Shown piece after piece: positions 1 to 10,323 of a stretch of 64,000 bases of DNA. The stretch comes from an uncultured delta proteobacterium. Its GTDB lineage: Bacteria; Myxococcota; Myxococcia; Myxococcales; Myxococcaceae. The notes below the pieces were generated by a model that searched no databases, had not been told where the DNA came from, and worked only from the letters and a program-made list of their open reading frames with translations. Numbering within the stretch: the first letter of the stretch is position 1; each line of letters starts with the position of its first letter. A program made the position numbers and the translations under genes. The stretch lies in the NCBI GenBank assembly GCA_963796055.1, contig CAWCKH010000004.1:896001-960000 (forward strand). The letters are read 5' to 3'.

Positions 1-21
1 GGTGTGGCACCACGCACGGGA

Positions 22-477
<456 letters not shown>

Positions 478-566
478 GTTGATGAGACCTCCGTTCGAGA
501 ACCGGACCGTTGCGGCCCGGTTGCTGAGGGACTTCTCTAGCAGGTCTACCTGACAGGAGGTGGTCG

Positions 567-1334
567 GTGGCGCGCCCCACGTACGCCCTCTATTACTGGC
601 CGGGAATCCAGGGGCGAGGCGAGTTCGTCCGGCTGGCCCTCGAGGAGGCCGGCGCCCACTACGTGGACGTGGTGACTCTGCCGCCCGGCAAGGGCGGAGG
701 GGTGGAGGCCATTCTCCGTGTGCTCCGGGGCGAGCTCGGCCCGCGCATTCCGTTCGCTCCGCCGGTGCTCCGCGCGGGCAAGGTGGTGGTGGCGCAGACC
801 GCGGCCATCCTCCATTTTCTGGGGCCGCGACTGAAGCTGGTTCCGCACGACCCGGCGCTCCAGCTCCGGGCGCTCCAGCTGCAGCTCACCATCGCGGATC
901 TCGTGGCCGAGGCCCACGACACCCACCATCCCATCTCGGTGGACCTCACCTACGAGGAGCAGCGGGTCGAGGCTGCGCGCGCCGCCGCGCACTTCACCAC
1001 CAGTCGCCTGCCGAAGTTCCTGGGTTACTTCGAGCGGGGGATCGAGCTCGCCGGTGGCCCGTACGCCCTGGGGCGGCGCTTCAGCTACGTCGACCTCTCG
1101 CTCTTCCAGGTGGTCGAGGCGCTTCGCTACGCCTTTCCGCTCACCATGGAGTCGCTCGCCCGGCGGCTCCGGCGGCTCACCGCGCTGGCCGAGCGGGTAC
1201 GCCAGCGCCCGCGCATCGCCGCCTACCTGGCATCGCCGCGGCGGCCGCCGTTCAGCGACGAGGACGTCTTCCGCCACTACGCCGAGCTCGAGGCGCCCGC
1301 CCTGGTCCGCCGCCGCTCCCGCGCGCGTCGCTAA
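567..1334 (+). CDS. Glutathione S-transferase family protein
   Basis: [22 protein letters not shown]-terminus, AQTAAIL and SYVDLSLFQ motifs; AGGAGG RBS at 555-560 before GTG start. Confidence 0.92.
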   Translation: MARPTYALYYWPGIQGRGEFVRLALEEAGAHYVDVVTLPPGKGGGVEAILRVLRGELGPRIPFAPPVLRAGKVVVAQTAAILHFLGPRLKLVPHDPALQLRALQLQLTIADLVAEAHDTHHPISVDLTYEEQRVEAARAAAHFTTSRLPKFLGYFERGIELAGGPYALGRRFSYVDLSLFQVVEALRYAFPLTMESLARRLRRLTALAERVRQRPRIAAYLASPRRPPFSDEDVFRHYAELEAPALVRRRSRARR

Positions 1335-1336
1335 CT

Positions 1337-1510
1337 TAGCTAACTGCGGCCGCCCTGATCTCGCCGACTGCAGCCCGCCTGACGACACCCTGACCCGGAC
1401 CTCGACTGCGGCCGCCCTGACCTAGCTAACTGCGGCCGCCCTGATCTCGCCGACTGCAGCCCGCCTGACGACACCCTGACCCGGACCTCGACTGCGGCCG
1501 CCCTGACCTA
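1337..1510. repeat. Exact 86-bp tandem duplication built from 16-bp submotifs
   Basis: 1337-1422 is identical to 1423-1508; ACTGCGGCCGCCCTGA at 1343, 1405, 1429, 1491 and variant ACTGCAGCCCGCCTGA at 1367, 1453; fills the gap between convergent stop codons. Confidence 0.95.
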
Positions 1511-2353
1511 CCCCTTCACCGCCCCCACGGTGAAGCCGGCGATGAAGCGGTCCACGAAGAGGTTGTAGAGGATGGCGATGGGAACCGAGGACAGGAAGCA
1601 GGCGCCCATCAGCGAGCCCCAGAAGTACACGTCGCCGCGGACCAGGAAGGTGGGCACCCCCACGCTGAGGGTGAGCCGGCTGCTGCTGGTGATGAAGGTC
1701 AGCCCGTAGACGAACTCCTGCATCACCAGGGTGAAGCTGAAGATGACGGTGGTGAGCAGGCCGGCCACCGACATGGGGAGGATGACCCGGAGGAAGGCCC
1801 CGAAGCGCGAGTGGCCGTCGATCATCGCCGCCTCCTCGACGTCCTTGGGGATGACCTTGAAGAATCCCATCAGCAGCCAGGTGCAGAAGGGGACGGTGAA
1901 GCTCGGGTACACCAGCACCAGCGCCCAGAGCGAGTCCTGGAGCCCCAGCGAGCCCACCAGCCGCGACAGGGGGATGAAGAGGATGGTGGGGGGCACCAGG
2001 TAGGTGAGAAAGATGCCGATGCCCAGCCGCTCCCCCGCGGCGCCGGTGAGCCGGGCGAGGCTGTAGCCCGCCGGCACCGCGAGCACCAGGGTGATCAGCA
2101 CCACCAGCACCCCCACGAAGAGCGTGTTCGCCACCCAGTGCAAAAAGAGCGTGTCCTGAAACAGCACTCTGAGATGTTCGAGGGTTGGCGGCGCGTTGTA
2201 CACGAAGGGGTTGTGCGCCGGGTCGAGCAGATCCCGGGTCTGCTTGAACATGGTGATGAGCATCCAGGCGAACGGGAAGGCGGCGAACCCGGTGAACGCC
2301 GCGATCACCCCGAAGTTCACCACCCCGCCGGCGATCTTCTTCGGGTCCGCCAT
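1508..2353 (-). CDS. Carbohydrate ABC transporter permease (MalG-like)
   Basis: EAA loop IPKDVEEAAMIDG, hydrophobic helices; start MADPKK overlaps upstream stop (TGATG). Confidence 0.93.
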   Translation of the reverse strand: MADPKKIAGGVVNFGVIAAFTGFAAFPFAWMLITMFKQTRDLLDPAHNPFVYNAPPTLEHLRVLFQDTLFLHWVANTLFVGVLVVLITLVLAVPAGYSLARLTGAAGERLGIGIFLTYLVPPTILFIPLSRLVGSLGLQDSLWALVLVYPSFTVPFCTWLLMGFFKVIPKDVEEAAMIDGHSRFGAFLRVILPMSVAGLLTTVIFSFTLVMQEFVYGLTFITSSSRLTLSVGVPTFLVRGDVYFWGSLMGACFLSSVPIAILYNLFVDRFIAGFTVGAVKG

Positions 2354-3282
2354 CACACCACCTCGCTGCGCCGGGCGAGCCGGAGCAGCAGCACCGCGCA
2401 CACCGCCAATACGGGCAGCAGGAACAGCGCCACCGCCGCGCCCCCCGAGAGGTCGCCTCCGTCGATGCTCTTGAAGAAGGCCAGACTGGCCAGCACCTGG
2501 GTGCTGTCGAAGGGCCCGCCACGGGTGAGCACGTACACCACGATCATGTCGGTGATGCTGAAGACCAGGCCGAACAGCACCGCCACCAGGAGGATGGGCA
2601 GCACCAGCGGGAGGGTGATGATGAAGAGGTGCCGGAAGAAGCCGGCGCCGTCGACCTCGGCCGCGTCGTGGATGTCCTGGGGAATGGATGACAGCCCGCC
2701 GAGAGAGATGACGGTGGCCAGGGGCATCGTCCGCCACACGTGCACGCCGATGATCGACGCCATCGCCAGCTTCGGCTGTCCGAGCCAGATGGGCCAGGTG
2801 TCCGGCCCGAAGACGCCCACGTGCCGCAGCGTCCAGTTGATGACGCTGTAGACCGGGTCGAAGATCCACAGCCACCCGATGCTCCCCAGCGAGATGGGAG
2901 CCACCCAGGGGAGCAGGATGAGCAGGCGCACCAGCCACTTCCCGCGGAAGTTCCGCTGGAGCGCGACGGCCAGAATGCTCGCCAGGACGATGACCAGCGT
3001 CTGGGATCCCAGCGAGAAGACGAAGGTGTTGCCCAGCGCCCTGAGGAAAGCTGGATCGTGAAGCGCGTTCCGGAAGTTCTCCAGGCCCACGAAGTGGGCT
3101 TGCGAGGTGCCGACGGTGACGCTCGAGAAGCTGTAGCCGACGGCCAGCAGGAACGGCACAGCCACCACCAGGCCGATGTAGAGCACCGCCGGGGCGAGCA
3201 TCACCCTTCCGAGCCAGGTGGGGTCGTCGGCCACGCCCATGGACCGAGGCGCGGGGGCGGCGACGGCGGCGGGCGCCGTCAC
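2353..3282 (-). CDS. Carbohydrate ABC transporter permease (MalF-like)
   Basis: FVGLENF, IPQDIHDAAEVDGA EAA loop, LTRGGP motif. Confidence 0.94.
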   Translation of the reverse strand: MTAPAAVAAPAPRSMGVADDPTWLGRVMLAPAVLYIGLVVAVPFLLAVGYSFSSVTVGTSQAHFVGLENFRNALHDPAFLRALGNTFVFSLGSQTLVIVLASILAVALQRNFRGKWLVRLLILLPWVAPISLGSIGWLWIFDPVYSVINWTLRHVGVFGPDTWPIWLGQPKLAMASIIGVHVWRTMPLATVISLGGLSSIPQDIHDAAEVDGAGFFRHLFIITLPLVLPILLVAVLFGLVFSITDMIVVYVLTRGGPFDSTQVLASLAFFKSIDGGDLSGGAAVALFLLPVLAVCAVLLLRLARRSEVV

Positions 3283-4331
3283 GCCGACCTCCGGAGCGGC
3301 CGCGATGGAATGCGCAGGCCGGTCACCGGGTCGAAGAACTTGAGGCTCGACTCGTTGATCCGGAAGTCGTAGGTGCGCCCTGCCTCGACGGGCGAGTGGA
3401 CCGTGTAGGCGAGGCTGACGATGATCTTCTCCCCGGGCGCGTGGTCTGGCAACGTGCCGTAGAGGAGCCGGCCCGCGCCGAGGTTCTCCACCCGCCCCAC
3501 GGCAAACCGCATCGGGACCGTCGGGCCGTCGCCCTCGGTGGCCATCGCGGCGGAAGGCAGGAGCTGCTCGGGGCGGAAACCGACCAGCGACCCTTCGATC
3601 GGCACCAGATTCATCGGCGGGCTACCGAGGAAGCCGGCGACGAAGGTGTCCGCCGGCTCGTCATAGACCTCCTGGGGCTTGCCCAGCTGACGCACCTTGC
3701 CCGCGCTCATCACCGCGATGCGGTCGCCGAGCCCCATCGCCTCCACTTGATCGTGGGTGACGTAGATGGTGGTTGTTCCCAGCCGGCGCTGGAACTGCTT
3801 CAGCTCGTCGCGGGCCAGATTCCGCAGCTTGGCATCGAGGTTCGACAGCGGCTCATCGAGCAGGAAGACGTCTGGGTGCCTCACCATCGCCCGGGCCAGG
3901 GCCACCCGCTGCCGTTCCCCGCCGGAAAGCTGGCGGGGCTTCCTCTGGAGCAGCCGCTCGATGCCGAACATCTTCGCCGCCCGCTGGACCTCGCCGGTGA
4001 TGCTCTCCCGGGGCGCGCCCTGCGCCTTCAGCGGAAAGGCGATGTTGCTGGCGACTGACAGATGCGGGTAGAGCGCGTAGCTCTGGAAGACCATGGCGAT
4101 CTTCCTCGCGCGCGGGGGCAGCTCGTTCACCACCCGGCTGCCGATCAGGACATCGCCGGACGTCTGCTGCTCCAGGCCGGCGATCATCCGCAGGAGGGTG
4201 GTCTTCCCGCACCCCGAGGGTCCGAGGAGAACCAAGAACTCCCCCTCGTGGATGGTGAGGTCCACCCCGTCCACGGCCATGGTGTGACCGGTGAACTCCT
4301 TGCGAAGCGATTTGGTCTCGACAGTGGCCAT
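3279..4331 (-). CDS. Carbohydrate ABC transporter ATP-binding subunit (MalK/UgpC-like)
   Basis: Walker A GPSGCGKT, LSGGERQR signature, LLDEPLSNLDAKLR, YVTHDQVEAM. Confidence 0.96.
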   Translation of the reverse strand: MATVETKSLRKEFTGHTMAVDGVDLTIHEGEFLVLLGPSGCGKTTLLRMIAGLEQQTSGDVLIGSRVVNELPPRARKIAMVFQSYALYPHLSVASNIAFPLKAQGAPRESITGEVQRAAKMFGIERLLQRKPRQLSGGERQRVALARAMVRHPDVFLLDEPLSNLDAKLRNLARDELKQFQRRLGTTTIYVTHDQVEAMGLGDRIAVMSAGKVRQLGKPQEVYDEPADTFVAGFLGSPPMNLVPIEGSLVGFRPEQLLPSAAMATEGDGPTVPMRFAVGRVENLGAGRLLYGTLPDHAPGEKIIVSLAYTVHSPVEAGRTYDFRINESSLKFFDPVTGLRIPSRPLRRSA

Positions 4332-4373
4332 CGGCCCTCGAACGGCGATGACTGGATCGCTTGCCAGGCGCGC

Positions 4374-5696
4374 CTAGATCAGCTTTCGCTCCTGCCACTT
4401 CTCCCAGATGGCCTTGCACTTCTGCTCGGCCTCCTTCACCGCGGCCTCAGGGGTGAGGTCTCCGGTTGCGGCCTTGGCGAACATCGTGTTCAGGACCCAG
4501 GTGCTGAACACGTCGTCGATTGCCGCGGTGGCGTAACCGGGGTAGCCGACGTTCGTCGCCCAGTCCAGGACGTCGGTCAGCACCGCGTACTTGTCCGGTG
4601 GGTGGCCCTTGGAGTCCTTGGCGATCTGCTGCTTGAGGTCCGGGACCCGGCTCGGCCAGCAGGGGAAGTTGTAGAACTCGCTGGCCTTGAACGCGTCGTT
4701 GAAGTTGCCCACGTAGTCGACCAGGAACTTCTTCGCCCCGGCGATGTTCTCGGCGAACTTCCAGATCACGTAGACGCTCATCACATGCTCGAGGCCAATC
4801 CGGCGCACCGGGCCCTTCGCGGCCTTGGCAATCGAGATCTTGTCCCCGATCGGCATCTTGTCGTTCTCGGCGGTGCGGGTGACCGAGATGGCGTTGAGAA
4901 CGAGCGAGACCTTGCCGGCGAGCATCGCCCGGTTGTTCGAGGATGGGTCCCAGGCCAGCACCTCGGGGGTCATGGCCTCGGTATAGAGGGCCTTGACGTA
5001 CTTCACCGCCTCCAGCGTGTTCTTGGAGTTGAGGACCAGCTTGCCCCCCGCGTCCTGCACCGAGCCGCCGAAGGCGTAGAGGCAGGCCCGCATCGCCATG
5101 GCGGTGTCGAGCTCGGCGGAAAGGCCGATGCCCACCGGGATGCCCGTCTTCTGCTTGATCTTCGCCCCACCGACGCGGATGTCGTCCCAGCTGTCGGGCT
5201 TCATCCCGATCTCGCCCCAGAGGTCGGTCCGGTAGTTGACCGGATCGGGGACGTAGCTGTCGGAGAAGCCGTGGTACTTCTTGGTCTTGGGGTTGTACGT
5301 GCTCTTGATCGCCAGATCGATCGGCTTTCCGTACTTCTTCTCGCATTCCTCGTAGATCTCCCGGTGGTCGATGACGTCGTTCTCGTAGACCGGGCGCGGC
5401 GAGAGGAACATGTAGAGGTCGTGCCCCTTCTTGGCCGAGACCTCCGAGGCGGCGGTGGGGTTCAGCGCCGGGATGCCGACGTTGTCCACCGTGATCTCGG
5501 TGTTGTTCTTCTCACCCCACTGCTTGATGTACGTGCCGTTGAACCACTTGTCGTAGGCGGGGACGAAGTGGTTCCACTGCAGGATCCTCAGCTTCTTCGC
5601 TCCGCCCTGCGCGTAGACCGTGCGGTGAGCTCCTAGTGCCGCCCCCACGGTGGCCGTTCCCGCAACTTGAAGCAGCCTTCGTCTGGAGATTCCCAT
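4374..5696 (-). CDS. ABC transporter extracellular solute-binding protein, Tat-exported
   Basis: MGISRRRLLQ twin-arginine signal with AxA-like cleavage (VYA); first gene of the ABC operon. Confidence 0.9.
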   Translation of the reverse strand: MGISRRRLLQVAGTATVGAALGAHRTVYAQGGAKKLRILQWNHFVPAYDKWFNGTYIKQWGEKNNTEITVDNVGIPALNPTAASEVSAKKGHDLYMFLSPRPVYENDVIDHREIYEECEKKYGKPIDLAIKSTYNPKTKKYHGFSDSYVPDPVNYRTDLWGEIGMKPDSWDDIRVGGAKIKQKTGIPVGIGLSAELDTAMAMRACLYAFGGSVQDAGGKLVLNSKNTLEAVKYVKALYTEAMTPEVLAWDPSSNNRAMLAGKVSLVLNAISVTRTAENDKMPIGDKISIAKAAKGPVRRIGLEHVMSVYVIWKFAENIAGAKKFLVDYVGNFNDAFKASEFYNFPCWPSRVPDLKQQIAKDSKGHPPDKYAVLTDVLDWATNVGYPGYATAAIDDVFSTWVLNTMFAKAATGDLTPEAAVKEAEQKCKAIWEKWQERKLI

Positions 5697-5863
5697 GTGC
5701 TCGCTCCTTGCCGGGACCGGCGCATCCCGTCGGTCTCTCGTCCTGTGAAAGGGAGGGCAGCCTAGCGGGGCCGCGCGCAACGCGGTGCGGCATTATTGCT
5801 TGCGGTCCCATCAACCGTTGACCGGGCGCAACGCGGGGGGCGCTCGGGCATCCGAACGGGCCC

Positions 5864-6316
5864 ATGATCCACGAAGGGCAGGCTGCGCCGCCGTTCACCC
5901 TGAAGGATTTCTCGGGGCGCCCATGGTCGCTCGATGCCCTGCGGGCGAGCGGTCCGGTGGTGCTCTTCTTCTACCCGCGGGACGAATCACCCATCTGCAC
6001 CCGCGAGGTCTGTGCCTTCCGGGACGCGCACCAGGACTTCGCCGAGGCCGGGGCCACGGTGGTGGGCATCAGCTCCGACGGCGAGGCGGCGCACGAGGCC
6101 TTCGCCCGGAAGCAGCGGCTGAACTACGTGCTGCTGAGCGATCCGGACGGCGCGGTGCGCAAGGCGTACGGTATCCCCAGGACCCTCGGGGTGCTCGACG
6201 GCCGGGCGACGTTCGTGGTCGACCCGGCGGGCACGGTGCGGATGGCGTACGCGGCGCAGCTGGTGGCCGAGGGGCACACCCGGCGGGCCCTGGAGGTCGT
6301 CCGGGCCCTGGCCTGA
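5864..6316 (+). CDS. bcp: Peroxiredoxin, BCP/PrxQ family
   Basis: FFYPRDESPICTREVCAFRD (PxxTxxC-like, CxxxxC), GISSD, LLSDPDG. Confidence 0.9.
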   Translation: MIHEGQAAPPFTLKDFSGRPWSLDALRASGPVVLFFYPRDESPICTREVCAFRDAHQDFAEAGATVVGISSDGEAAHEAFARKQRLNYVLLSDPDGAVRKAYGIPRTLGVLDGRATFVVDPAGTVRMAYAAQLVAEGHTRRALEVVRALA

Positions 6317-6369
6317 ACCGGTCACCGTCTGTGGCAGACTCGCCCGCCTTTGTCGGGGGAGGTCTGCCG

Positions 6370-7134
6370 ATGCACAGGACGCTGGCCCTGGTGGTGGGAC
6401 TGGGCATGTGCTGGGCCAGGGGGGCGAAGGCCGAACCGCCCCCGCTCACCGCCGAGCAGATCGTCGCCCGGCACGTCGAGGCCCGCGGGGGCCTGGAGCG
6501 CCTTCACGCGCTGAAGAGCCTCCGCCGCACCGGGCACGCGGTCGAGCCCGGGGTGAAGGTGGAGATCGCGGTCATCGAGCTGCGCGCCCGCCCCGCCCGG
6601 CTCCGGGTGGAGTACGTGATGCACGGCCTGGTCACCATCGACGCCTTCGACGGGCAGGTGGCCTGGAAGGTCCGGCCCTTCTTCGGGCGGAAGGACCCCG
6701 AGCGCACCTCGGCGGACGAGGCGAAGGCGCTCCGGCTCAACGCGGACATCGAGGGCCCGCTGGTCGAGCCGCGGGCGAAGGGCCACACCGTGGCGCTCCT
6801 CGGCACCGAGGAGCTCGATGGAACGCCCTGCTACAAGCTCCGGGTCGATCTGAAGTGGGGCGACCGGCTCATCAGCTACGTCGACCCCGACACCTTCATG
6901 ATCCTCCGCGAGATCCAGCGCACCGTGATCCGCGGCGCCGAGCAGTTCACCGAGGTGGACTACGGCGACTACGAGAAGGTCGCCGGGGTGTACGTCCCGA
7001 TGCTCGAGGAGTCCGGCCCCCGTTCCTCGCCCTCGGGCGAGAAGAGCAAGGTGGTGTACGACCGCGCCGAGGCGAACGTCCCCGTGGACGACGCGGTGTT
7101 CGCCTTCCCCGCCGCGGCGAGGGCCTCGCGATGA
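6370..7134 (+). CDS. Secreted hypothetical protein, outer-membrane lipoprotein-sorting (LolA-like) fold candidate
   Basis: Signal peptide, TAEQIVARHVEARGG, DYGDYEKVAGV and VDDAVFAFP ending typical of this family; ATGA overlap with next gene. Confidence 0.65.
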   Translation: MHRTLALVVGLGMCWARGAKAEPPPLTAEQIVARHVEARGGLERLHALKSLRRTGHAVEPGVKVEIAVIELRARPARLRVEYVMHGLVTIDAFDGQVAWKVRPFFGRKDPERTSADEAKALRLNADIEGPLVEPRAKGHTVALLGTEELDGTPCYKLRVDLKWGDRLISYVDPDTFMILREIQRTVIRGAEQFTEVDYGDYEKVAGVYVPMLEESGPRSSPSGEKSKVVYDRAEANVPVDDAVFAFPAAARASR

Positions 7135-10100
7135 TCGCCCCGCTGCTGGCCCTGGCCCTGCTGGCCGCGACGCCGCCCGATCCGCTCTCCCGCCCCTCGT
7201 TGGTCTCGGGCCTCGGCATCCGGAACATCGGCTCGGCGCGGATGAGTGGCCGCATCGCCGCCATCGCCGCCCGGGCGGAGAAGGACGGGAAGGTCACGAT
7301 GTTCGTCGGGTCGGCGTCCGGTGGAGTGTGGAAGTCCACCGACTCGGGCACCACCTTCAAGCCGGTGTTCGACCGCCAGCCGGTGCAGTCGATCGGCGCG
7401 GTGGCGCTCGACCCGACCGACCCCCAGGTCGTCTGGGTGGGCACCGGCGAGTCGTGGACCCGGAACAGCGTCTCGATCGGGAACGGCATCTACCGCTCCA
7501 CCGACGGCGGCGAGACCTGGACCCACCTCGGGCTGGAGAATTCGGAGCGGATCACCAGGATCCTCGTCCACCCGAAGAACGGGCGGGTGGTGTACGCCTG
7601 CGTGCCGGGCAAGCTGTGGTCGGACTCGGCGGACCGCGGCCTCTACAAGACCACCGATGGCGGCGCCCACTGGAGCCTGGTCCTCAAGGGCCCCAACCTC
7701 TCCACCGGCTGCGGGGCGGTGGCGATGGACCCGCGGAAGCCGGACCGGCTGTTCGTCGGATTGTGGGACTTCCGGCGCAAGGGCTGGACCTTTCGCTCGG
7801 GCGGCGAGAACGCCACGGCCTTCTCGGGCTCGGGGCTGTTCCTCACCGAGGACGGGGGCGCGCACTGGAAGCGGCTCGACGCCGCGAGCGCGAAGGGGTT
7901 GCCAGCCGGGCCATGGGGTCGGCTGGCGCTGGCCGTCGCTCCCTCGGATCCCCGCATCGTCTACGCCTTCATCGAGGGGACGCGCAGCGCGCTCTTCCGC
8001 TCCGCGGACGGCGGCCGCACCTGGGAGGAGCGCGACCGAAGTCAGATGATGGTCTGGCGACCGTTCTACTTCGCCAACCTGATCGTCGATCCCAAGAATC
8101 CCGACCGGGTCTTCAAGCCGGATTACCGCCTGGCGGCCTCGGAGGATGGAGGGAAGAGCTTCGCCAACGTGAGCGGCGGCACGCACGGCGACCACCACGA
8201 CCTGTGGATCAACCCCAGGAACACCAGGCAGGTGGTGACCGGCGACGACGGCGGGCTGTGGATCAGCCAGGACGGTGGCAACACCTGGTGGAAGGTGGAC
8301 ACGCTTCCGGTCAGCCAGTTCTACCACGTGAGCGTCGACGACCGTGATCCGTACCAGGTCTACGGCGGGCTCCAGGACAACAGCACCTGGGTCGGGAAGT
8401 CCGCGTACCCCGGCGGCATCACCAGCAGCGAGTGGGAGAACGTGGCCAACAGCGATGGCTTCTGGGCCTTCCCCGACCCGAGCGATCCCGACACCGTCTA
8501 CGCCGAGGCCCAGGGCGGCTTCGTGATGCGCGTGGATCGCCGCTCGCTCATCGGCCGGGACATCCAGCCCAAGGCCGGGTTCAAGGAGAAGCTTCGCTGG
8601 AACTGGAACACGCCGATCCACATCTCGCCGCACGAGAAGTCCACGCTCTACATCGGCGCGCAGTTCCTCTTCCGGAGCCCGGACCGCGGCTTCACCTGGG
8701 AGCGCATCTCGCCCGATCTCACCACCAACGACCCCCAGAAGCAGAAGCAGGAGGAGTCGGGAGGCATCACCGTCGACAACTCGGCGGCCGAGATGCACAC
8801 CACCATCTACGCCATCTCCGAGAGCCCGAAGACCAGAGGCCTGCTCTGGGTCGGCACCGATGACGGGAACGTGCAGCTCAGCCGGGACGGGGGAAAGAGC
8901 TGGCGGAGCGTGGGGGCCGCGCTCCCCGGCGCGCCCGCCGGGCGGTGGATCAGCTACGTCTCCGCGGGCCGCTTCGCCGAGTGCACGGCCTACGTGACGG
9001 TGGATCGCCACACCTTCGGGGACATGGCGCCCTACGCCTACCGGACCGAGGACTGTGGAGAACGCTGGGAGCGGGTGGCCGCGCCGGAGCAAGGCATCAC
9101 CGGCTACGCGCACGTCCTGAAGGAGGACACGGTCGACCCCGATCTCCTGTTCCTCGGAACCGAGCTCGGGCTGTGGATCTCGGTGGACCGCGGGCGCCAC
9201 TGGGCCCGCTTCCAGCCCGACAACTTCCCGGCGGTCGCGGTGCGAGACCTGGTGGTGCAGGAGCGCGACGGCGACCTGGTCCTCGGCACGCACGGGCGGG
9301 GCATCTGGATCATCGACGACCTGACGCCCCTCCGGGGACTACGGACGCGGAGCCTGGACGCGCCGGTGACCTTCCTCCCCTCGAGGCCGGTGCAGCAGCG
9401 GCTGGAGTCCAGCGGCGGCTGGGCGAACGGCGACGCCGCCTACGTGGGAGCCAATCCGGCGCAGGGCGCGGTCATCACCTATTACCGACAGAAGCGGCAC
9501 GTCTTCGGGCGGATGAAGCTCGAGGTGCTCGACGCCTCCGGACGGGTGGTGGACACCTTGCCGGCCGGGAAGCGGCCGGGGATGAACCGGGTGGTGTGGT
9601 CGATGCACGTCGATCCGCCGAGGGTTCCCACCGCCGCCCAGGTCGCCTGGTCCTCCTTCAGCAGCCCGCGGGTCGTGCCCGGCCGCTACCGGATCCGGCT
9701 CACCGAGGGCGCGCAGGTGTCCGAGACCACGCTCGAGGTCGCTCTGGACCGGCGGGTGCCCTACGGGGTCGCGGAGCGAAAGGCGCAGTACGACGCGGCG
9801 ATGACCGCGCACGCCCTGTTCGGGCGCATGTCGGCGGTGGTGGACCAGCTGAACGGCATCCGCACCCTCGCCCAGGAGCGCGCTTCGGCGCTGGGGAACG
9901 ATCCGCTCGCCGCCCGCCTCCGCGCCGTCTCGGAGAAGGCGGACGGGTTGCGGAAGCAGGTGGTGGCCACCAAGGAAGGCGGAGCCATCACCGGCGAGGA
10001 GCGGATCCGCGAGCACCTCGATTACGTGTACCGGGCGCTGCTCTCCGACGAGGGCAAGCCGAGCCCCTACCAGGTGGAGCGGGTGGCCACGCTCGGGCGC

Positions 10101-10304
10101 GAGCTGGACGAGGTACGCGCCGGGACCGACGCGCTGGTGAAGACGGACCTGGGGGCGCTCAACGACGAGCTGCAGAAGCGCGGACTGAAGCCGATCACCG
10201 CCGAGCTGGCCCAGGAGACCGGAGAACGCTGGGCCGCGACCCAGGAGCTGCTGCGCGCGCAGGACCGCGCCGCCGCCGCGACCGACCGGGGCGAGCGCGA
10301 CTGA
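7131..10304 (+). CDS. Secreted VPS10/BNR-repeat beta-propeller protein (putative glycosyl hydrolase/sialidase-like)
   Basis: Signal peptide; many SxDGGxxW Asp-boxes (STDSGTTF, STDGGETW, TTDGGAHW, SADGGRTW, SQDGGNTW); GTHGRGIW. Confidence 0.88.
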   Translation: MIAPLLALALLAATPPDPLSRPSLVSGLGIRNIGSARMSGRIAAIAARAEKDGKVTMFVGSASGGVWKSTDSGTTFKPVFDRQPVQSIGAVALDPTDPQVVWVGTGESWTRNSVSIGNGIYRSTDGGETWTHLGLENSERITRILVHPKNGRVVYACVPGKLWSDSADRGLYKTTDGGAHWSLVLKGPNLSTGCGAVAMDPRKPDRLFVGLWDFRRKGWTFRSGGENATAFSGSGLFLTEDGGAHWKRLDAASAKGLPAGPWGRLALAVAPSDPRIVYAFIEGTRSALFRSADGGRTWEERDRSQMMVWRPFYFANLIVDPKNPDRVFKPDYRLAASEDGGKSFANVSGGTHGDHHDLWINPRNTRQVVTGDDGGLWISQDGGNTWWKVDTLPVSQFYHVSVDDRDPYQVYGGLQDNSTWVGKSAYPGGITSSEWENVANSDGFWAFPDPSDPDTVYAEAQGGFVMRVDRRSLIGRDIQPKAGFKEKLRWNWNTPIHISPHEKSTLYIGAQFLFRSPDRGFTWERISPDLTTNDPQKQKQEESGGITVDNSAAEMHTTIYAISESPKTRGLLWVGTDDGNVQLSRDGGKSWRSVGAALPGAPAGRWISYVSAGRFAECTAYVTVDRHTFGDMAPYAYRTEDCGERWERVAAPEQGITGYAHVLKEDTVDPDLLFLGTELGLWISVDRGRHWARFQPDNFPAVAVRDLVVQERDGDLVLGTHGRGIWIIDDLTPLRGLRTRSLDAPVTFLPSRPVQQRLESSGGWANGDAAYVGANPAQGAVITYYRQKRHVFGRMKLEVLDASGRVVDTLPAGKRPGMNRVVWSMHVDPPRVPTAAQVAWSSFSSPRVVPGRYRIRLTEGAQVSETTLEVALDRRVPYGVAERKAQYDAAMTAHALFGRMSAVVDQLNGIRTLAQERASALGNDPLAARLRAVSEKADGLRKQVVATKEGGAITGEERIREHLDYVYRALLSDEGKPSPYQVERVATLGRELDEVRAGTDALVKTDLGALNDELQKRGLKPITAELAQETGERWAATQELLRAQDRAAAATDRGERD

Positions 10305-10323
10305 CCCCGGGCGGGGGGTGAGC

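Noticed and set aside
1337..1510. CRISPR array
   Set aside because: 16-bp units with 8-22-bp linkers that are themselves duplicated; no cas genes in the window
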